DNA of 64,000 nt from Saccostrea cucullata (lineage: Eukaryota), in assembly GCF_032062105.1 (NCBI RefSeq), contig NW_026921645.1, positions 1 through 64,000 on the forward strand. The letters run 5' to 3'. Below the pieces are notes generated by a model. That model searched no databases. It worked only from the letters and a program-made list of their open reading frames with translations, and was not told where the DNA came from. The position numbers and the translations under genes are program-made. Positions 24,601 to 36,348 of this stretch are shown piece by piece (the stretch's first letter is position 1; each line of letters opens with the position of its first letter).

Positions 24601-26983
24601 AGTCAACACGTACGAGGAGGCCTTCAAAAACTTGACAACAAAGCCACTGCAGGAGGTAATGAAGGGAATAGATGTGGAGGAAGAGGCCAAGACTGAAGAA
24701 GAAGCAAGTGGGTCAGGAGTGGCCATGATTGTAGACGGAAAGAAAATGTCTGTCACTGAGAAAATGGACAAAATGATCCAACGCCTAAAGGACGCAGTAT
24801 ACAAAGAAAACAATATCAACACAGTGGATGCCTGCGCTACAAATCTGGGTCTGACTAAGACCTGTATTTACCGTAGATTACAGGGGGATGACGAGGCAGA
24901 CCCCTCAAGGGTGGCCTGTGACCTCTACCTGGAGAAATTCCTGATTGCCTCGGGGGAGGGAGAGAAGAGGAAGGAGTCCCAGATAGATGCCTATAACAAT
25001 GCCTGGGAGGTGTTAATTACCACCACAGGTGAACACGTCGTAAAGGACCACAAACGACTGACCAATGACAATGATGACCCCTCCATCATTGATGTCCACG
25101 TTAAAGGTAGAAAATATAATAATATAGAACCTCTATCATTGATGTCTATGTTAAAGGTAGAATGCATATTTGTAATTTTGTTTAATACTTGTATGTTGTG
25201 GACCTCTGTTATGATATCTTAACAAAATTCATATTCAGGACAAGTTTTAAAACTTTATACTTTAGTGTACTTGTACAGTAAAGATAAAACAAATTATGTA
25301 AAAGTCTCAGACATTGGACTTGGTTCAACCATGTGGGTAAAAGTTTATTGACTTACAACAGGTGCCCAGAAACCACAAGGAGACTCCAACCTGGCTGGTC
25401 TTAAAAGACACAACCAGGACCATGAGGACCCCTCTAAGACAGTGGACAGCCTGGTCATCCTGGAGCATGAGGAGTGGACAATGGACAGGAAGAGGCAGGC
25501 CTTCTGTATCCTCACTTACTCTGCCACCTCTAACGGCATGCTGCTGCAGTGGAACACCACTCAAGAAGGGAACATGTTCAAGTAAGTGTGCTTCTTTATC
25601 CATTTTTCTTAGCCAGTAATCAAAGAATGCAGGTTGGTATTTATACAAAAATTATATCTATTTTATCATGTTTATACGCTTAAGCCAATAGTTACTGATT
25701 GGTCTGTCCTGTCGTACGTTGAGAAAAAAGTCATAGTAGTGTAAAATTTTATATGGGTATATAGAGGATTTGTCTTAGTGCAGATAGTCCAGTTTACATC
25801 CTTTAAATTTATTTCAAATGATAATAAATAAATATATTAAATATGTGCTGAAAAAAAATTCTGAAATTTTCTCAGAATGATGTGTCCAATTATTTTAAGG
25901 CTCATTGAAAGATGTGATATTGCTCTTGTATTTAATTTTTATGAAACATAAAATCTATTTACCTCAGAACTCTTTAGCAATGCATCCATCATATTAACAA
26001 TTTTCTATATACATTTCCAGATGTGATATCTCTCTACAAGGAACACTAATTGGTGAAGCTAAAGCCATGAGTAAGAACAATGCCAGAAATCTAGCAGCAG
26101 CTGATTCCTTGTTTAAGCTTTACGAGTCTCAGGATGTTATCAAGGTTGGTACTGCATTCAGAAATACTTCTATCTAGTTTTCCTTTGTAATATTTCTGTG
26201 TTGTAGCACTGAGAGTTTTGTGTTTTCTGTAGGTGACCAGACGAGATGACAGCAAGCTATGGATTGCCTACAGCAACATCCTCAGTAAATCGAAGATTCT
26301 GCAGGAGAGACAGGGGGACGGGGCGGACCCTGAACTCAGACCCTCCCTGGACAACGAGGGAAACGTCATCCCTATCCCAGAAGAGGCCAATAAATGGGTC
26401 CTCAAAGTGTGTGAAGAAATCATCAATGAATACAAAGATCAATTCACAATGGAGGAACTTATTTTTGGTCCAGGTAGGATGGAGGCATAAAGTTCTATAA
26501 AATGAACATTTTATTCATTAAAAAAAAGGTAAGGTAGTGATGTGCATTACATTTCTTGTTTATTTAATGTTTACCACAATATGAAATCATTTAAACCTTT
26601 TTATTGAAGGAATGCCCTTGCATGAAAGCAAAGAGGTAAGAAACATGGCCAAAACTGGGAACCTGCGACACGACATTCGTCAGCTAGAGGGCCAGTCATA
26701 TCTCGTCATTCAGCACAGAATGCAGCCCCAGGACATCGCTAAGTGTGTCCACGCAGCAAACGGGAGAAGTGGGAAATACCTCCTGGTGGACAAGAGTTCC
26801 CTCCCCTCCCATCAGGACATTATCCCTGACCTGGAGAAACAGATGGCGCTGAGCGGGAGTCTAGCGGGGCAGACGAAGACAGAGGTCAGGGCCCCGAACC
26901 CCCTACAGGGATTTAAACCCCGGATACTGAGTGACCAGGACAGCGAAGAGGGTTTCGATCAGAGCCTGCAAAGATTGTACTAA
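12620..26983 (+). CDS. NKRF-like RNA-binding protein (~996 aa): G/Y/RGG low-complexity N-terminus, four dsRBD-like domains, degenerate C-terminal R3H
   Basis: Phase-consistent exons: 12620-12774, 12968-13176, 13340-13465, 13597-13800, 13975-14114, 14318-14476, 23822-24021, 24117-24371, 24523-25106, 25362-25581, 26021-26144, 26233-26473, 26610-26983 (2991 nt). dsRBD-like ends GANKKEVK, GHRKKDAK, GEKRKESQ and AMSKNNARNLAA. The C-terminus EEIINEY..ELIFGPGMPLHESKEVRNMA..SYLVI..GKYLLV resembles the NKRF R3H end. Confidence 0.8.
14960..15806. mobile_element. Tourist-like (PIF/Harbinger) MITE
   Basis: TIRs GGCCATATAAAATTAATCTTTAGATTCTCATCC / GGATGAGAATCTAAAGATTAATTTTACCTGGCC. TTA TSD at 14957-14959 and 15807-15809. 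Confidence 0.87.
16486..16959. mobile_element. Tourist-like (PIF/Harbinger) MITE inserted at the edge of the left foldback arm
   Basis: TIRs GGCTATCTAAATTTAATTCCCTGGTTCTCAGGCC / GGCCTGAGAACCAAGATTTCAATTTTATATGGCC. TTA TSD. Confidence 0.83.
16960..18000. repeat. Left arm of the ~1-kb inverted repeat (partner 22585-23640)
   Basis: TTAAGTACCAGTCCACATAAAAATCAGAC.. is the inverse of ..GTCTGATTTTTATGTGGACTGGTACTTAA. The near-identical spurious ORFs 17349-17549(-) and 23043-23243(+) confirm it. Confidence 0.92.
18720..19963 (-). mobile_element. Degenerate Helentron/HINE with diverged ~150-170-bp repeats
   Basis: Repeated AACACCAGAACCCCTGACCC..GGCCATGAAATTCAC units. Typical end GACGA..AGCAATAGGTCACCTGAAAGACTCGGGTGACCTGAAA. 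Confidence 0.7.
21030..21634 (+). repeat. Cg170-like (~166 bp) oyster satellite within a HINE remnant
   Basis: 3-4 units of AAGCATCCTCAGGTAGTGTAGATTCAAGTTTGTTCAAATCATGACCCC..GGGCCACAATGG, ending in CTCAGGTGAGCGATGTGGCCCATGGGCC. Confidence 0.75.
21977..22113 (+). mobile_element. Short tRNA-derived Pol III unit sharing its head with the SINE at 2897 but with a different 3' part
   Basis: A box TGGAGCAGTGG, the same GTAAGGAG..TCCTT(A/G)C hairpin and B box GGTTCGAATCCC, then ~40 unrelated nt and TTTT. Confidence 0.65.
22585..23640. repeat. Right arm of the ~1-kb inverted repeat
   Basis: Reverse complement of 16960-18000, plus 16468-16485 on the far side of the MITE. The outer ~800 bp are very similar; the inner ~200 bp are more diverged. 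Confidence 0.92.
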
Positions 26984-27611
26984 GTTATACTGAGTTATTC
27001 TGAGAGGTCACAGCGAGTCATTGTCAAACAATGGACCATCTGCTGAGATGTTTACACTTAAGTGACAGACTGTGTGAAAGTTTTAAATAGACATTGCATC
27101 ACTGTTTCAAATGTTGTGAATATATGTTTTTATATGTGTTTTTGTAAAAATGTTTTATTAAATGGATAGACATCTTTATTTGTGAACAATTTTATTTTGT
27201 TTTGGAAAAGTCCTGAATTCCTGATCAAAAATCAATGTCTGTGGTGTTTTTCTATTTTTATGTATTTTTACAATTTCAGAACATATTAGCCATTTCAGTG
27301 TCTAAAATGTTTCTACATGTACATCTTAAATTGTCTGATACAGTGTTCATTTAAGATTTCCTGCTCAACTGAGCCAAGGGCTCTGGAGTAAATTTTATTA
27401 ATCTTGAAGTGTCAGGAGACTTGTCATTGTAATCTTTTGATATTTTCACTTCTCCAGAACTAATAATCCAATATGAACCATACTTGGGGCAAAATATCCC
27501 AGTCTGAAGAATTTATTTATTTATTCTTTATTATTTCACTTATAATATTACTTCTCTCCAGAAGAAATAATGTATAGGTATAAACTCAGTATTAAAAGAA
27601 CTGGATGAAAT

Positions 27612-27965
27612 AGATGGAGATAACGAAAAGTAATCAAGTTGAAAAGTCCATTCAAAAATAAAAAGCAGGAGCAGAGCAAACAGAGACCTCTGAAACATCA
27701 GGGGTGGGATCAAGAGCCATGGATGAGAGAGCATCCCCTGTAGAACGGTCACACCCGCCGTGTGCTTCTTGTCATGATCGGGAAATATCGGTAAAATCCG
27801 TGAAAGTTTTGTGTGTAAATAATTGTTTAACAATTAGCATGAGAAAAAAAAACAGTCAGCATTTGACTTAATGATAGATTTATTTGCTGACAAGATCATT
27901 GTATCTGCCATAGAACTTGAAAAATGATGACTTTAAACGAGACTGATAACTTACCTCAGTTTAGA
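27612..27965 (-). mobile_element. 3' fragment (pseudo-LTR) of the Penelope-like element family seen at 62.2-64 kb
   Basis: Its reverse complement matches 63700-64000 (GTCTCGTTTAAAGTCATCATTT..AGTCAAATGCTGACTG..CACACGGCGGGTGTGACCG). Confidence 0.8.
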
Positions 27966-28929
27966 AACAAGAAAACATTGATGTAACCATCAATTGTCGC
28001 CCGGGAAATAAATAAAGTAAACAATGGAAATGAGTCTTGATCATCAAACCGCTAGTTTAGAAATTAGCCGTACGTAGAGCATGCTCCTGCGTATCGAACA
28101 ACTGAGATATATTTGTAGGCAAGTGATGGAGGTATATTGCTGCATAATGGAAATTGATCATGACGATTGAAAACTTAATCACGTTTATTATAAACCTTTG
28201 TTGGTAGAGTAGATCTGACGTCTGTCTGAAGTAATATATATACCGGTATAAATATGAATCAAATAATGTCAAAAACTGGTATGTTTAATTTCAAGCTCAG
28301 CGGGATATATTGTATCGACATAAGAATGGAAATAACCATTGACAATACATCGTCGTTATATCTAATGTAGAATCATTTTAAATCTCAAAAAAGAACAGTA
28401 GAACGATGTACTAGGAAAAACTACATTATTGTGTTTCCTTTATAAATATAGTCTAAAGATATAATTACATGGAGATAGAGACTACTTAAAGGAGAGTTCA
28501 TTAGACAGAAGAAAAGTGTATTTTCAGATGAACGTAAATTTAATCGCAAGCAACATATTGTGGAGTAGATTAGAACTTCAAGCTCTGTACCAGGATGAAG
28601 TCTGGAGACACAAAAGTTTCAGCAAGCCAAACAAATCGTTATGCATGTACATATAAACTGATAAATCTAGGAATATCTTCATTTTGACAATTTTTGTCTA
28701 CCCAGTCTGCATTAGTATCAAAGATATAACATCGAGACCACAGTATTTCACACAGATTTTTGGGTGAAGTTAAATCCTTCTCAGAGTCATGTAGCGTTTC
28801 TTTACCCCGTTTCTGGAAGATAGACATTATCTCCATATGGATAGGACAATAGTCCTATCATGCGTAAGCCAGTACCCATTGTAGCTAGGTGGACCGGGAT
28901 AGTGCCTTGTCCTAGGATAACATCAAATG

Positions 28930-30620
28930 CTTAGGGCAACAGAAGCAGAAGAGTCAGCAAATTGGAGAAACTTAACAAGATCATTAAACGTCTATTTGGA
29001 AAGTTCAAGGGATTGACAGGTGGGTTTGTAAAGGACAAGCACAGAAAATTTATGGCAACCAAGAAAGAAAGAAGAAATTCCAAGCAGTACTCAACCAACT
29101 CTCAGCAGACGATATTCCAGAGGCTGCAGAGGATTTGGATGTAGACGTTGAGCCACAAATGAAAGAAGAAAATGGATTGCTATCAAAATCCTCAGGAAAA
29201 CTAAGTCACCAGGCCAGGGCAACCGTGATGAATAATTGTGCTAGCTGCTTCCATTTTACATATCTTAGCTACATGGGAGGGCGAGAAAGTGCCTGTTGAT
29301 TGGACCAAAGGAATAATAGTCAAGATCCCAAAGAAAGGAACCTTTAACGACTAACAACTGGAGAAGGATCACCTTGCTATCTGTGCCGAGTACGATCTTG
29401 GCTGAAATCATTATCAAGAGAATACAAGGGGCTGTGGACAAGATATTGAGGAAAGAACAAGCTGGCTTCAGGGAGGAAGGAGGATTTTCACACTCCGTAA
29501 CATCATCGCGCAGTGCACTGAGGGGCATATATATACTCTATTAGAATTTTCTAGACTCGAGAAGATGACAAGATACCGGTATGTCCTTCCAGAGAAGCTG
29601 GTGCATTTGATTAGGAGCTTTTACAACAACTTCAGATGCATTATAGGGAGTAGTGACATCTTCTTTGATGTCAAGACTGGCATCAGACAAGGATATTACA
29701 AGCAGTTTTTTTTTTCAACTTGATCATTGATGAAGTTATGAAAAACAACAGAAGATACTAGGAGTTACAAAGAACCCTCTTCTGAAAATAGAGAAAGAGC
29801 TAGACTTTGCAGACAATTTAGGACAGATGTTACATAAAAACCCATACACGCAGGAAATGACAAAGAGACTAAACAGCTTTGGACAGCAGGTGAGAAGAAT
29901 CAAAACAAAGAAGACAGAAATGGCCCAAAATGTTAATACATCTGCCCCTGTGAAGATGAATGAAACAGTCCTTCATCAAACAGACTATTAAACCTACCTC
30001 GACAGTATCATCAAGCAACAAGGTAGCAAAAAGGAAGATATCTACGGCAAATTAGGAAAGACCAGCAGTGTTTTCAGGAGCATGAAGAACATGTAAAGGT
30101 CACCGCAATAAGCACCAAAATCAAGCTCATTCGTCATATCTAATAGTTCTGTATGTGTCTAAATGTTGGAGGATGACAGAAGCTGATCTAACCAAGCTGC
30201 GCTCATGTTACACAACATGCCTTCGTAAAATTCTCAGAGTATTCCGACCAGAAGGGATCTCCAATGACGAACTGCTCAGAATTAGATACAGACAGGAGGA
30301 CATTATCATAACAAGAAGGAGATGGATAGGGTATAAGATAAGATTTATTAATACTAATTTGGGGCCCATCAGGGCATACAAGTAAAGAGAAACATACAAG
30401 AATAAATTTCAGAATTGATAGTAGCAACTAACAAAAGATTAATGATGATACAGTATAGTTGGGGATTACAACATATATAATCGACATACTGTACACATAA
30501 GACTTTTTTAGGGTATGTGCTTCGGATAGAGCCACGACCAGTCACAAGAACGACATACCACTGGAATCCAGATGAAAAGAGAAAAAAATAGGGAGACTTG
30601 GGGCAACATGGAGAAGGAAA
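28930..30620 (+). mobile_element. Degenerate RTE-clade LINE fragment (RT pseudogene)
   Basis: Broken motifs KGIIVKIPKKG..NWRRITLLSVPS..LRKEQAGFR, KTGIRQG, LDFAD, CLRKILRV and WNPD..GATWRR, with many stops and frameshifts. Confidence 0.85.
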
Positions 30621-31224
30621 TTTAAAATAAGATTACCATAAAGTAAAGGTGGTCCCTGACAAGACTGACCCAATACAGGGGGAGGTGGAAATACTGTAAC
30701 AGGATGTAATGGCCGATATTTTATACCAACAAAGAGATTTGAACCAAACACTTTTGACCACTGAGTCATGTGAGTCCACTGATCAAACAGATAAGCAATG
30801 CTTATCATATTCATGATTGCTTTAAGATGAAGCCTGGAGAAAGATTTGAATCACAGTAAGCATTTGTAACGGGAGAGGAGAAAATGCAGCGGACCAGACC
30901 GGGAATCGAACCCGGGCCCCCTGAAACTCCGATCAGGTGCTCTACCAACTGAGCTATCGATCGATTACGTTTCATGTGTATTCCTTGTGACAAGACCTTT
31001 CTTTGGGCGGTCACGTGATGAGCCGAGCGTAAGTGTTTTTTTCCAGCTCCGCTGTTTTTCCCTTTATTTTGTCCTTTTAATCGTGTGAGATCTTAAAAAC
31101 AGTTCAAAACTGTCCAGCTGGTTTAATAACAAGTACAAGTAACTTTATTTGAAAGTTGTAAACTTTTGTTGTGAAGAAACAGTGATTTTTCCAACACCTT
31201 ATGTACCGTGAGTAGCTACTCACA

Positions 31225-32290
31225 ATGTCAACAATGTCAACGCAGAAAGATGGTAAAAAATCAGAGAGTGGGGGAATCGATAAAAAGGCTAAGGGTGACA
31301 AGAATACTCCAGACAGAAAGTTGGTGCAATTGAACCTCCAGTCAATTCCTGTCAATTCCTGCTTCAATTAAAAATACGGTAGTGTCAGGAAAAAATGCCG
31401 CAAAAAAACAAAGAAGTAGCAGTTCTGATTACGAGTCAACAAGTGGTGTCAATAGTGCATTGGGTGATCTTAGTCTTATACAAGAAGGCATATCGGAGAT
31501 AAAACGAATTATGGTCAGTAAAGATGATGTAAAAGGAATGGTTACTTCAATCGTTACCGAATTAAAGGGTGAACTAAAAAATGAAATCCTCGCTGAAGTC
31601 AAAGAGTCACTCATACCTGAAGTTAAACAGAGCGTGACGGAGCAGGTAAAGAAAGAATTCGGGGAAAAGATAGACAAAAAAACAAAGGAGTTTCAAGATC
31701 AGACTAAAGATATCTCAGAGGGGTTTAATTTAGAGTTTGAAACACTGAAAGAAAAGTTTCACGAGCAAGCAAAAGAACTCAGGGCCCTAAAAGAACATTT
31801 GAAACGCTATCAATATTTGACTGAAACAGCAGTTACTTTAGCAAACAGCAATCAGCAGTATTCGCAAAAGGACAATATTAAGTTCACCAAATGGAATGAG
31901 CAAGAAAACGAAAATCTGCGTGCAGAGCTCTGTGCAATCTTGAAGGAGACAGTCAACGTTGATCTACAACCAACAGATATACTGGCCATACACAGAGTCC
32001 CAGGATCGGGTGGTAATGTCGGACCACGGCCAGTCATCGCCAAATTTAGAAATACCGAGACGAAAGTGATGGTCATAAAGAATCGCTCAAATGCGGAGTT
32101 GAAGAAGCGCTTTGTGATGCACGATCACGTAACTCCTATGAATGCCAAACTTATAAAAGACTTGAACGAGGACGAGCGTATTAAAAGTGCTTGGTACTTT
32201 AATGGCAAAGTGTTTGCGTTGGACTACGATGGAGACAGACACCGATTTGACATCCTGGACAGTGTGTCTGACAAACTTAAACACAAATAG
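31225..32290 (+). CDS. LINE ORF1p (coiled coil + RRM + CTD), frameshifted by a 10-bp duplication; the intact portion is 31382-32290
   Basis: Heptad-rich region, then HRVPG..GPRPVIAKF and SAWYFNGKVF. ATG 31225 is in frame with 31382 once one GTCAATTCCT copy (31341-31360) is removed. Confidence 0.85.
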
Positions 32291-32529
32291 CACGATTTAT
32301 GCATAAACAGCTGGAGCACGAAAAACTTTTAAGATCGGGATCGGGAAGCAGTAAACTTTGTGATCGGGATTGATTGAAGCGAGAGAATGCGAAAGTGTGT
32401 GACATGGTATGTGTGTGAAGATTATCCACTTTTCTTTTGTTTTGTTGCTTATTTCTCCAAAAACTATATACTTCAATCGTCATCCGCTTTTTTGTCTAAG
32501 TATTATTCTTTTATTTTGTATCAGATTTA

Positions 32530-35500
32530 ATGTCAGATAATATAAAAGTTGTTACAGTGAACTGTCAGGGCCTTGCAACACCATCAAAACGACTAGATGT
32601 TTTAAATTTTTACAGAAAAAAAGGATATTCAATTATATGTCTGCAAGATACTCATTTTACTACAGAAATTGAACCATATGTTGAAGCACAGTGGGGTTTC
32701 AAATGTATATTTAATTCTTTTAAATCTAATGCAAGAGGGGTTGCTATAATGTTTAATAATAATTTTGAATTTGAAATACACAGTATAAAATGGGATAATA
32801 GTGGGAATATGCTGGCATTAGACATTACAATTGAAGATAATAGAACTACTATCATAAACATATATGGTCCTAATTCTGATAATCCAGAATTTTATGATAT
32901 AGTTAGAGAAACTTTTCTTGAATTTGATAATGAATATCTGTTACTTTGTGGTGACTTTAATCTTGCTTTAAACCCTTCTTTAGATACTTTCAATTATCGT
33001 AGTGTCAGTAACCCAAAAGCACGTGAGAAACTATTAGAGATTATGGAAGATATTCAGTTAATTGACTACTATAGAATTTTAAACCCAGACAAAAAAATAT
33101 ATACCTGGTTGAAAAAAAATCCATTAAAACAAGGTCGCCTTGACTATATTCTTATTTCAGAAAGTCTTTCAAATTTGGTTGAAAACTTTGTTATTAAACC
33201 TGGTTACAGGTCTGACCATTCTTCAGTTATAATGGAATTAAAATTTAATTCTTTTGAAAGAGGGCGAGGTCTATGGAAATTCAATAACAGCTTATTAACA
33301 GATAAAACATATGTTGGAAAAGTAAAAGAAACTATAGAAAAGGTAGTTGCCCAATATTTACATGTTCCAAATAATGACGGTAATCAATGTAATGTTCAAA
33401 TTGACGACAGTCTGTTTTTTGAAGTTCTTTTGATGGAAATTCGAGGGGTTACTATTTCTTATTCATCTTTCAGAAAAAAAGAAAGACAAAATTCAGAAAA
33501 ATTATTACTAGAGGAAATTGAACATTTAGAAACAATGACAGAAATTAATTTTGAACTTTTAGAAGAAAAAAAGCTGAGTCTTGAAAATTTGAGAAAAGAA
33601 AAATTGCAGGGGCATATCATAAGATCACGAGCTCGATGGATTGAAGAAGGGGAAAAACCGACAAAGTATTTTTGTAATTTAGAAGCCAGGAATTTTTTAA
33701 ATAAAACTATTAAAAAGGTAGAAGTAGAGAGTGAGGGTACAATATATAATCAGGCAGAGATCTTAAATCATGTGAAATTATTCTATAAGAATTTATATAC
33801 AAGTTCAGATTCTGAGCTCTTTGATATTAATTTAGAAGAAATTATTCAAGGACAAGATGTCCCAAAGTTAGATAAGCATACATCTGAGAAACTTGAGTGT
33901 GATATTAATGAAAAGGAAGTAGCAGAAGTGCTTAAAAATATGAAAAATAACAAATCTCCAGGTAGTGATGGTTACACGGTTGAATTTTTTAAATTCTTTT
34001 GGAATGATTTAAAGGCTTATTTACTTAAGGCAATTAAATGTATTTTTATAAATAACGAGCTCCCAATATCACAAAGATTAGGTATAATTTCATGTATTCC
34101 AAAAGGTGATAAACCTAGACAGTTTCTAAAAAATTGGCGCCCAATAACACTTCTAAATGTTTTATATAAAATAATATCAGGATGTCTCGCACAAAGAATT
34201 AAAACAACATTAGATCATTTAATATCAGATACTCAATCAGGATTTATGAAAGGGAGGTATATAGGTGAAAATACAAGATTCATGTATGACTTAATCCACT
34301 ACACAGATTCCAAAAGCATCCCAGGTCTATTAGTTTTGATTGACTTCGAAAAAGCCTTTGATTCAATTTCATGGACATTTACATATAAAGTTTTGAAGTA
34401 TTTTGGTTTTGGTTCAAAGATTATAAATTGGGTCAAGATTCTAAATTTTAATTTTAAAGCTTCTATTTTACAAAGTGGATTTTTATCTGATCAGTTTGAT
34501 ATACAAAGAGGTTGCAGACAAGGTGACCCTGTTTCTCCATATTTATTTATTCTATGTGCAGAAATTCTGGCAATTCTAATTAAACAGAATAAGGACGTTA
34601 AAGGTATTGTGGTAGATAATAAAGAACATAAATTATCTCAGTATGCTGATGACACTTTTCTTGCTTTAGATGGTTCACAAAAATCCCTTTTTGCTGCTCT
34701 TGATACCATTGATTTTTATTCAAAACTTTCAGGATTGAAAATTAACATATCAAAAACTAAAATAGTGTGGATTGGATCAAAAAAGTATTCAAAAGAAGTT
34801 TTCCATCACACAAGGTGGAAACTAGAATGGGGAACTACAACTTTCAACTTACTAGGAATTCAGTTCTCAGTTCATCTTAAAGAAACTGTTGATATTAATT
34901 ATGACTTACAACTACCTAAAATAAGAGCTTTGATTAAACAATGGAAGCGAAGAATCCTAACTCCAATTGGTCGCATAACCGTTGTTAAGACGCTTATCCT
35001 ACCTAAGCTTAATCATTTATTTATTTCTTTGCCATCTCCTAGAAAACAGCTTTTAGTTGATTTGCAAAAAGATATTTTTGAATTTATATGGAAGTCCAAA
35101 TCTGATAAGATAAAGCGATCCCTTGTCACACAAGACTATCTTTCTGGAGGTTTAAAAATGGTCAACTTAGACATTTTTATAATTGCTTTAAAATCTTCTT
35201 GGATGAAAAGGTTAACTCAAAAACAAAAGCCATGGATGGATTTCTTTTTTGCATTAAATGGAAAAGATGTTATTGAGAAGTTATTTCATTTTGGGGATCT
35301 GTTTATTTCAGAGCATTTACTTCCTAAAAACAATTTTTTCTGGCAAGATGTATTAAAATCATGGCTGGAAGTCATGAAGTGTTTAAATAATTGTAAACAT
35401 GTAAAAAGTAATTTTTTAAATATCCCAGTGTGGTACAATTCTAATATCTTGGTTGGCAAACGGTCTGTTTTTATCAAAAATTGGTATGAGAAGGGTATCA

Positions 35501-36348
35501 GAGTAATAGGAGATTTTTTAGATAGCGAAGGAAAATTTTTATGCTTTGATTCTTTACAAAAAAGATTTTGCCTCTCACAAACGGATACAAATAAGCAGAT
35601 TATGCAATATAATAGTGTTCTTACTGCAGTATCAAAATATTTGAAATGTATGTCTATTGACAACCACTTATTCACAAAATCTTACAATACACTTATGCCC
35701 TTTTATTATGAATTGTTGTTACAGTCAGAAAAATGCACTAAGCCAATTTACTCCATATTAAACACAAATAATGTTAAACCTACATCTATATCAAAATGGA
35801 TTTCCATTTTGAGTGTCTATGGGCAGTGTAATTTTGAAATACATGATGTTTTTAAAGTTTGTTTTAAAGTAACAAGTGATACAGCTGTTCAATGGCTGCA
35901 GTTTAGAATACTGCATAGGATTCTTCCTGTAGGTTACTATCTTAAAAAGATTAATATAAAAACTACTGATTTGTGTACCTTTTGTAAGAATGAAAGTGAA
36001 ACAATCCAACATGTATTTTTATTTTGTAATAATATTTTGGCATTGTGGAGTAGTCTTAGCCAACATATATATAGAGCTACTTCAAAAAGGGTCGGATTTA
36101 ACATTAATAATGTTATATTAGGAGAGATTCCTTTGTCAAAAAATAATAGAGCTGTGAATTTTATTATATTATACACTAAACAATATATCTTTACTTGTTT
36201 GATGCAGAAGAAAATGCCAAATCTCAGTGCACTCTTATGTCATCTAAAAATCAAATATAATGTTGAAAAATTTGTTTCAATCCAAAAGAATAAAATTGTG
36301 TATTTTAATTATATATGGTCTACATGGAAACCTGTTTTTGAGGAGTGA
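32530..36348 (+). CDS. LINE ORF2p: APE endonuclease, reverse transcriptase and CCHC zinc knuckle (1272 aa, open)
   Basis: NCQGL, CLQDTH (D where APE usually has E), GDFN, RLDY, SDH; KSPGSDG, WRPITLL, DFEKAFD, RQGDPVSP, YADD; CTFC..ETIQHVFLFC. Confidence 0.97.
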   Translation: MSDNIKVVTVNCQGLATPSKRLDVLNFYRKKGYSIICLQDTHFTTEIEPYVEAQWGFKCIFNSFKSNARGVAIMFNNNFEFEIHSIKWDNSGNMLALDITIEDNRTTIINIYGPNSDNPEFYDIVRETFLEFDNEYLLLCGDFNLALNPSLDTFNYRSVSNPKAREKLLEIMEDIQLIDYYRILNPDKKIYTWLKKNPLKQGRLDYILISESLSNLVENFVIKPGYRSDHSSVIMELKFNSFERGRGLWKFNNSLLTDKTYVGKVKETIEKVVAQYLHVPNNDGNQCNVQIDDSLFFEVLLMEIRGVTISYSSFRKKERQNSEKLLLEEIEHLETMTEINFELLEEKKLSLENLRKEKLQGHIIRSRARWIEEGEKPTKYFCNLEARNFLNKTIKKVEVESEGTIYNQAEILNHVKLFYKNLYTSSDSELFDINLEEIIQGQDVPKLDKHTSEKLECDINEKEVAEVLKNMKNNKSPGSDGYTVEFFKFFWNDLKAYLLKAIKCIFINNELPISQRLGIISCIPKGDKPRQFLKNWRPITLLNVLYKIISGCLAQRIKTTLDHLISDTQSGFMKGRYIGENTRFMYDLIHYTDSKSIPGLLVLIDFEKAFDSISWTFTYKVLKYFGFGSKIINWVKILNFNFKASILQSGFLSDQFDIQRGCRQGDPVSPYLFILCAEILAILIKQNKDVKGIVVDNKEHKLSQYADDTFLALDGSQKSLFAALDTIDFYSKLSGLKINISKTKIVWIGSKKYSKEVFHHTRWKLEWGTTTFNLLGIQFSVHLKETVDINYDLQLPKIRALIKQWKRRILTPIGRITVVKTLILPKLNHLFISLPSPRKQLLVDLQKDIFEFIWKSKSDKIKRSLVTQDYLSGGLKMVNLDIFIIALKSSWMKRLTQKQKPWMDFFFALNGKDVIEKLFHFGDLFISEHLLPKNNFFWQDVLKSWLEVMKCLNNCKHVKSNFLNIPVWYNSNILVGKRSVFIKNWYEKGIRVIGDFLDSEGKFLCFDSLQKRFCLSQTDTNKQIMQYNSVLTAVSKYLKCMSIDNHLFTKSYNTLMPFYYELLLQSEKCTKPIYSILNTNNVKPTSISKWISILSVYGQCNFEIHDVFKVCFKVTSDTAVQWLQFRILHRILPVGYYLKKINIKTTDLCTFCKNESETIQHVFLFCNNILALWSSLSQHIYRATSKRVGFNINNVILGEIPLSKNNRAVNFIILYTKQYIFTCLMQKKMPNLSALLCHLKIKYNVEKFVSIQKNKIVYFNYIWSTWKPVFEE

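Noticed and set aside
30888-30962. Functional tRNA gene on the - strand
   Set aside because: It has an 8-nt anticodon loop and 4 extra nt before the A box, is split by the LINE, and is embedded in an LTR with PBS/PPT.
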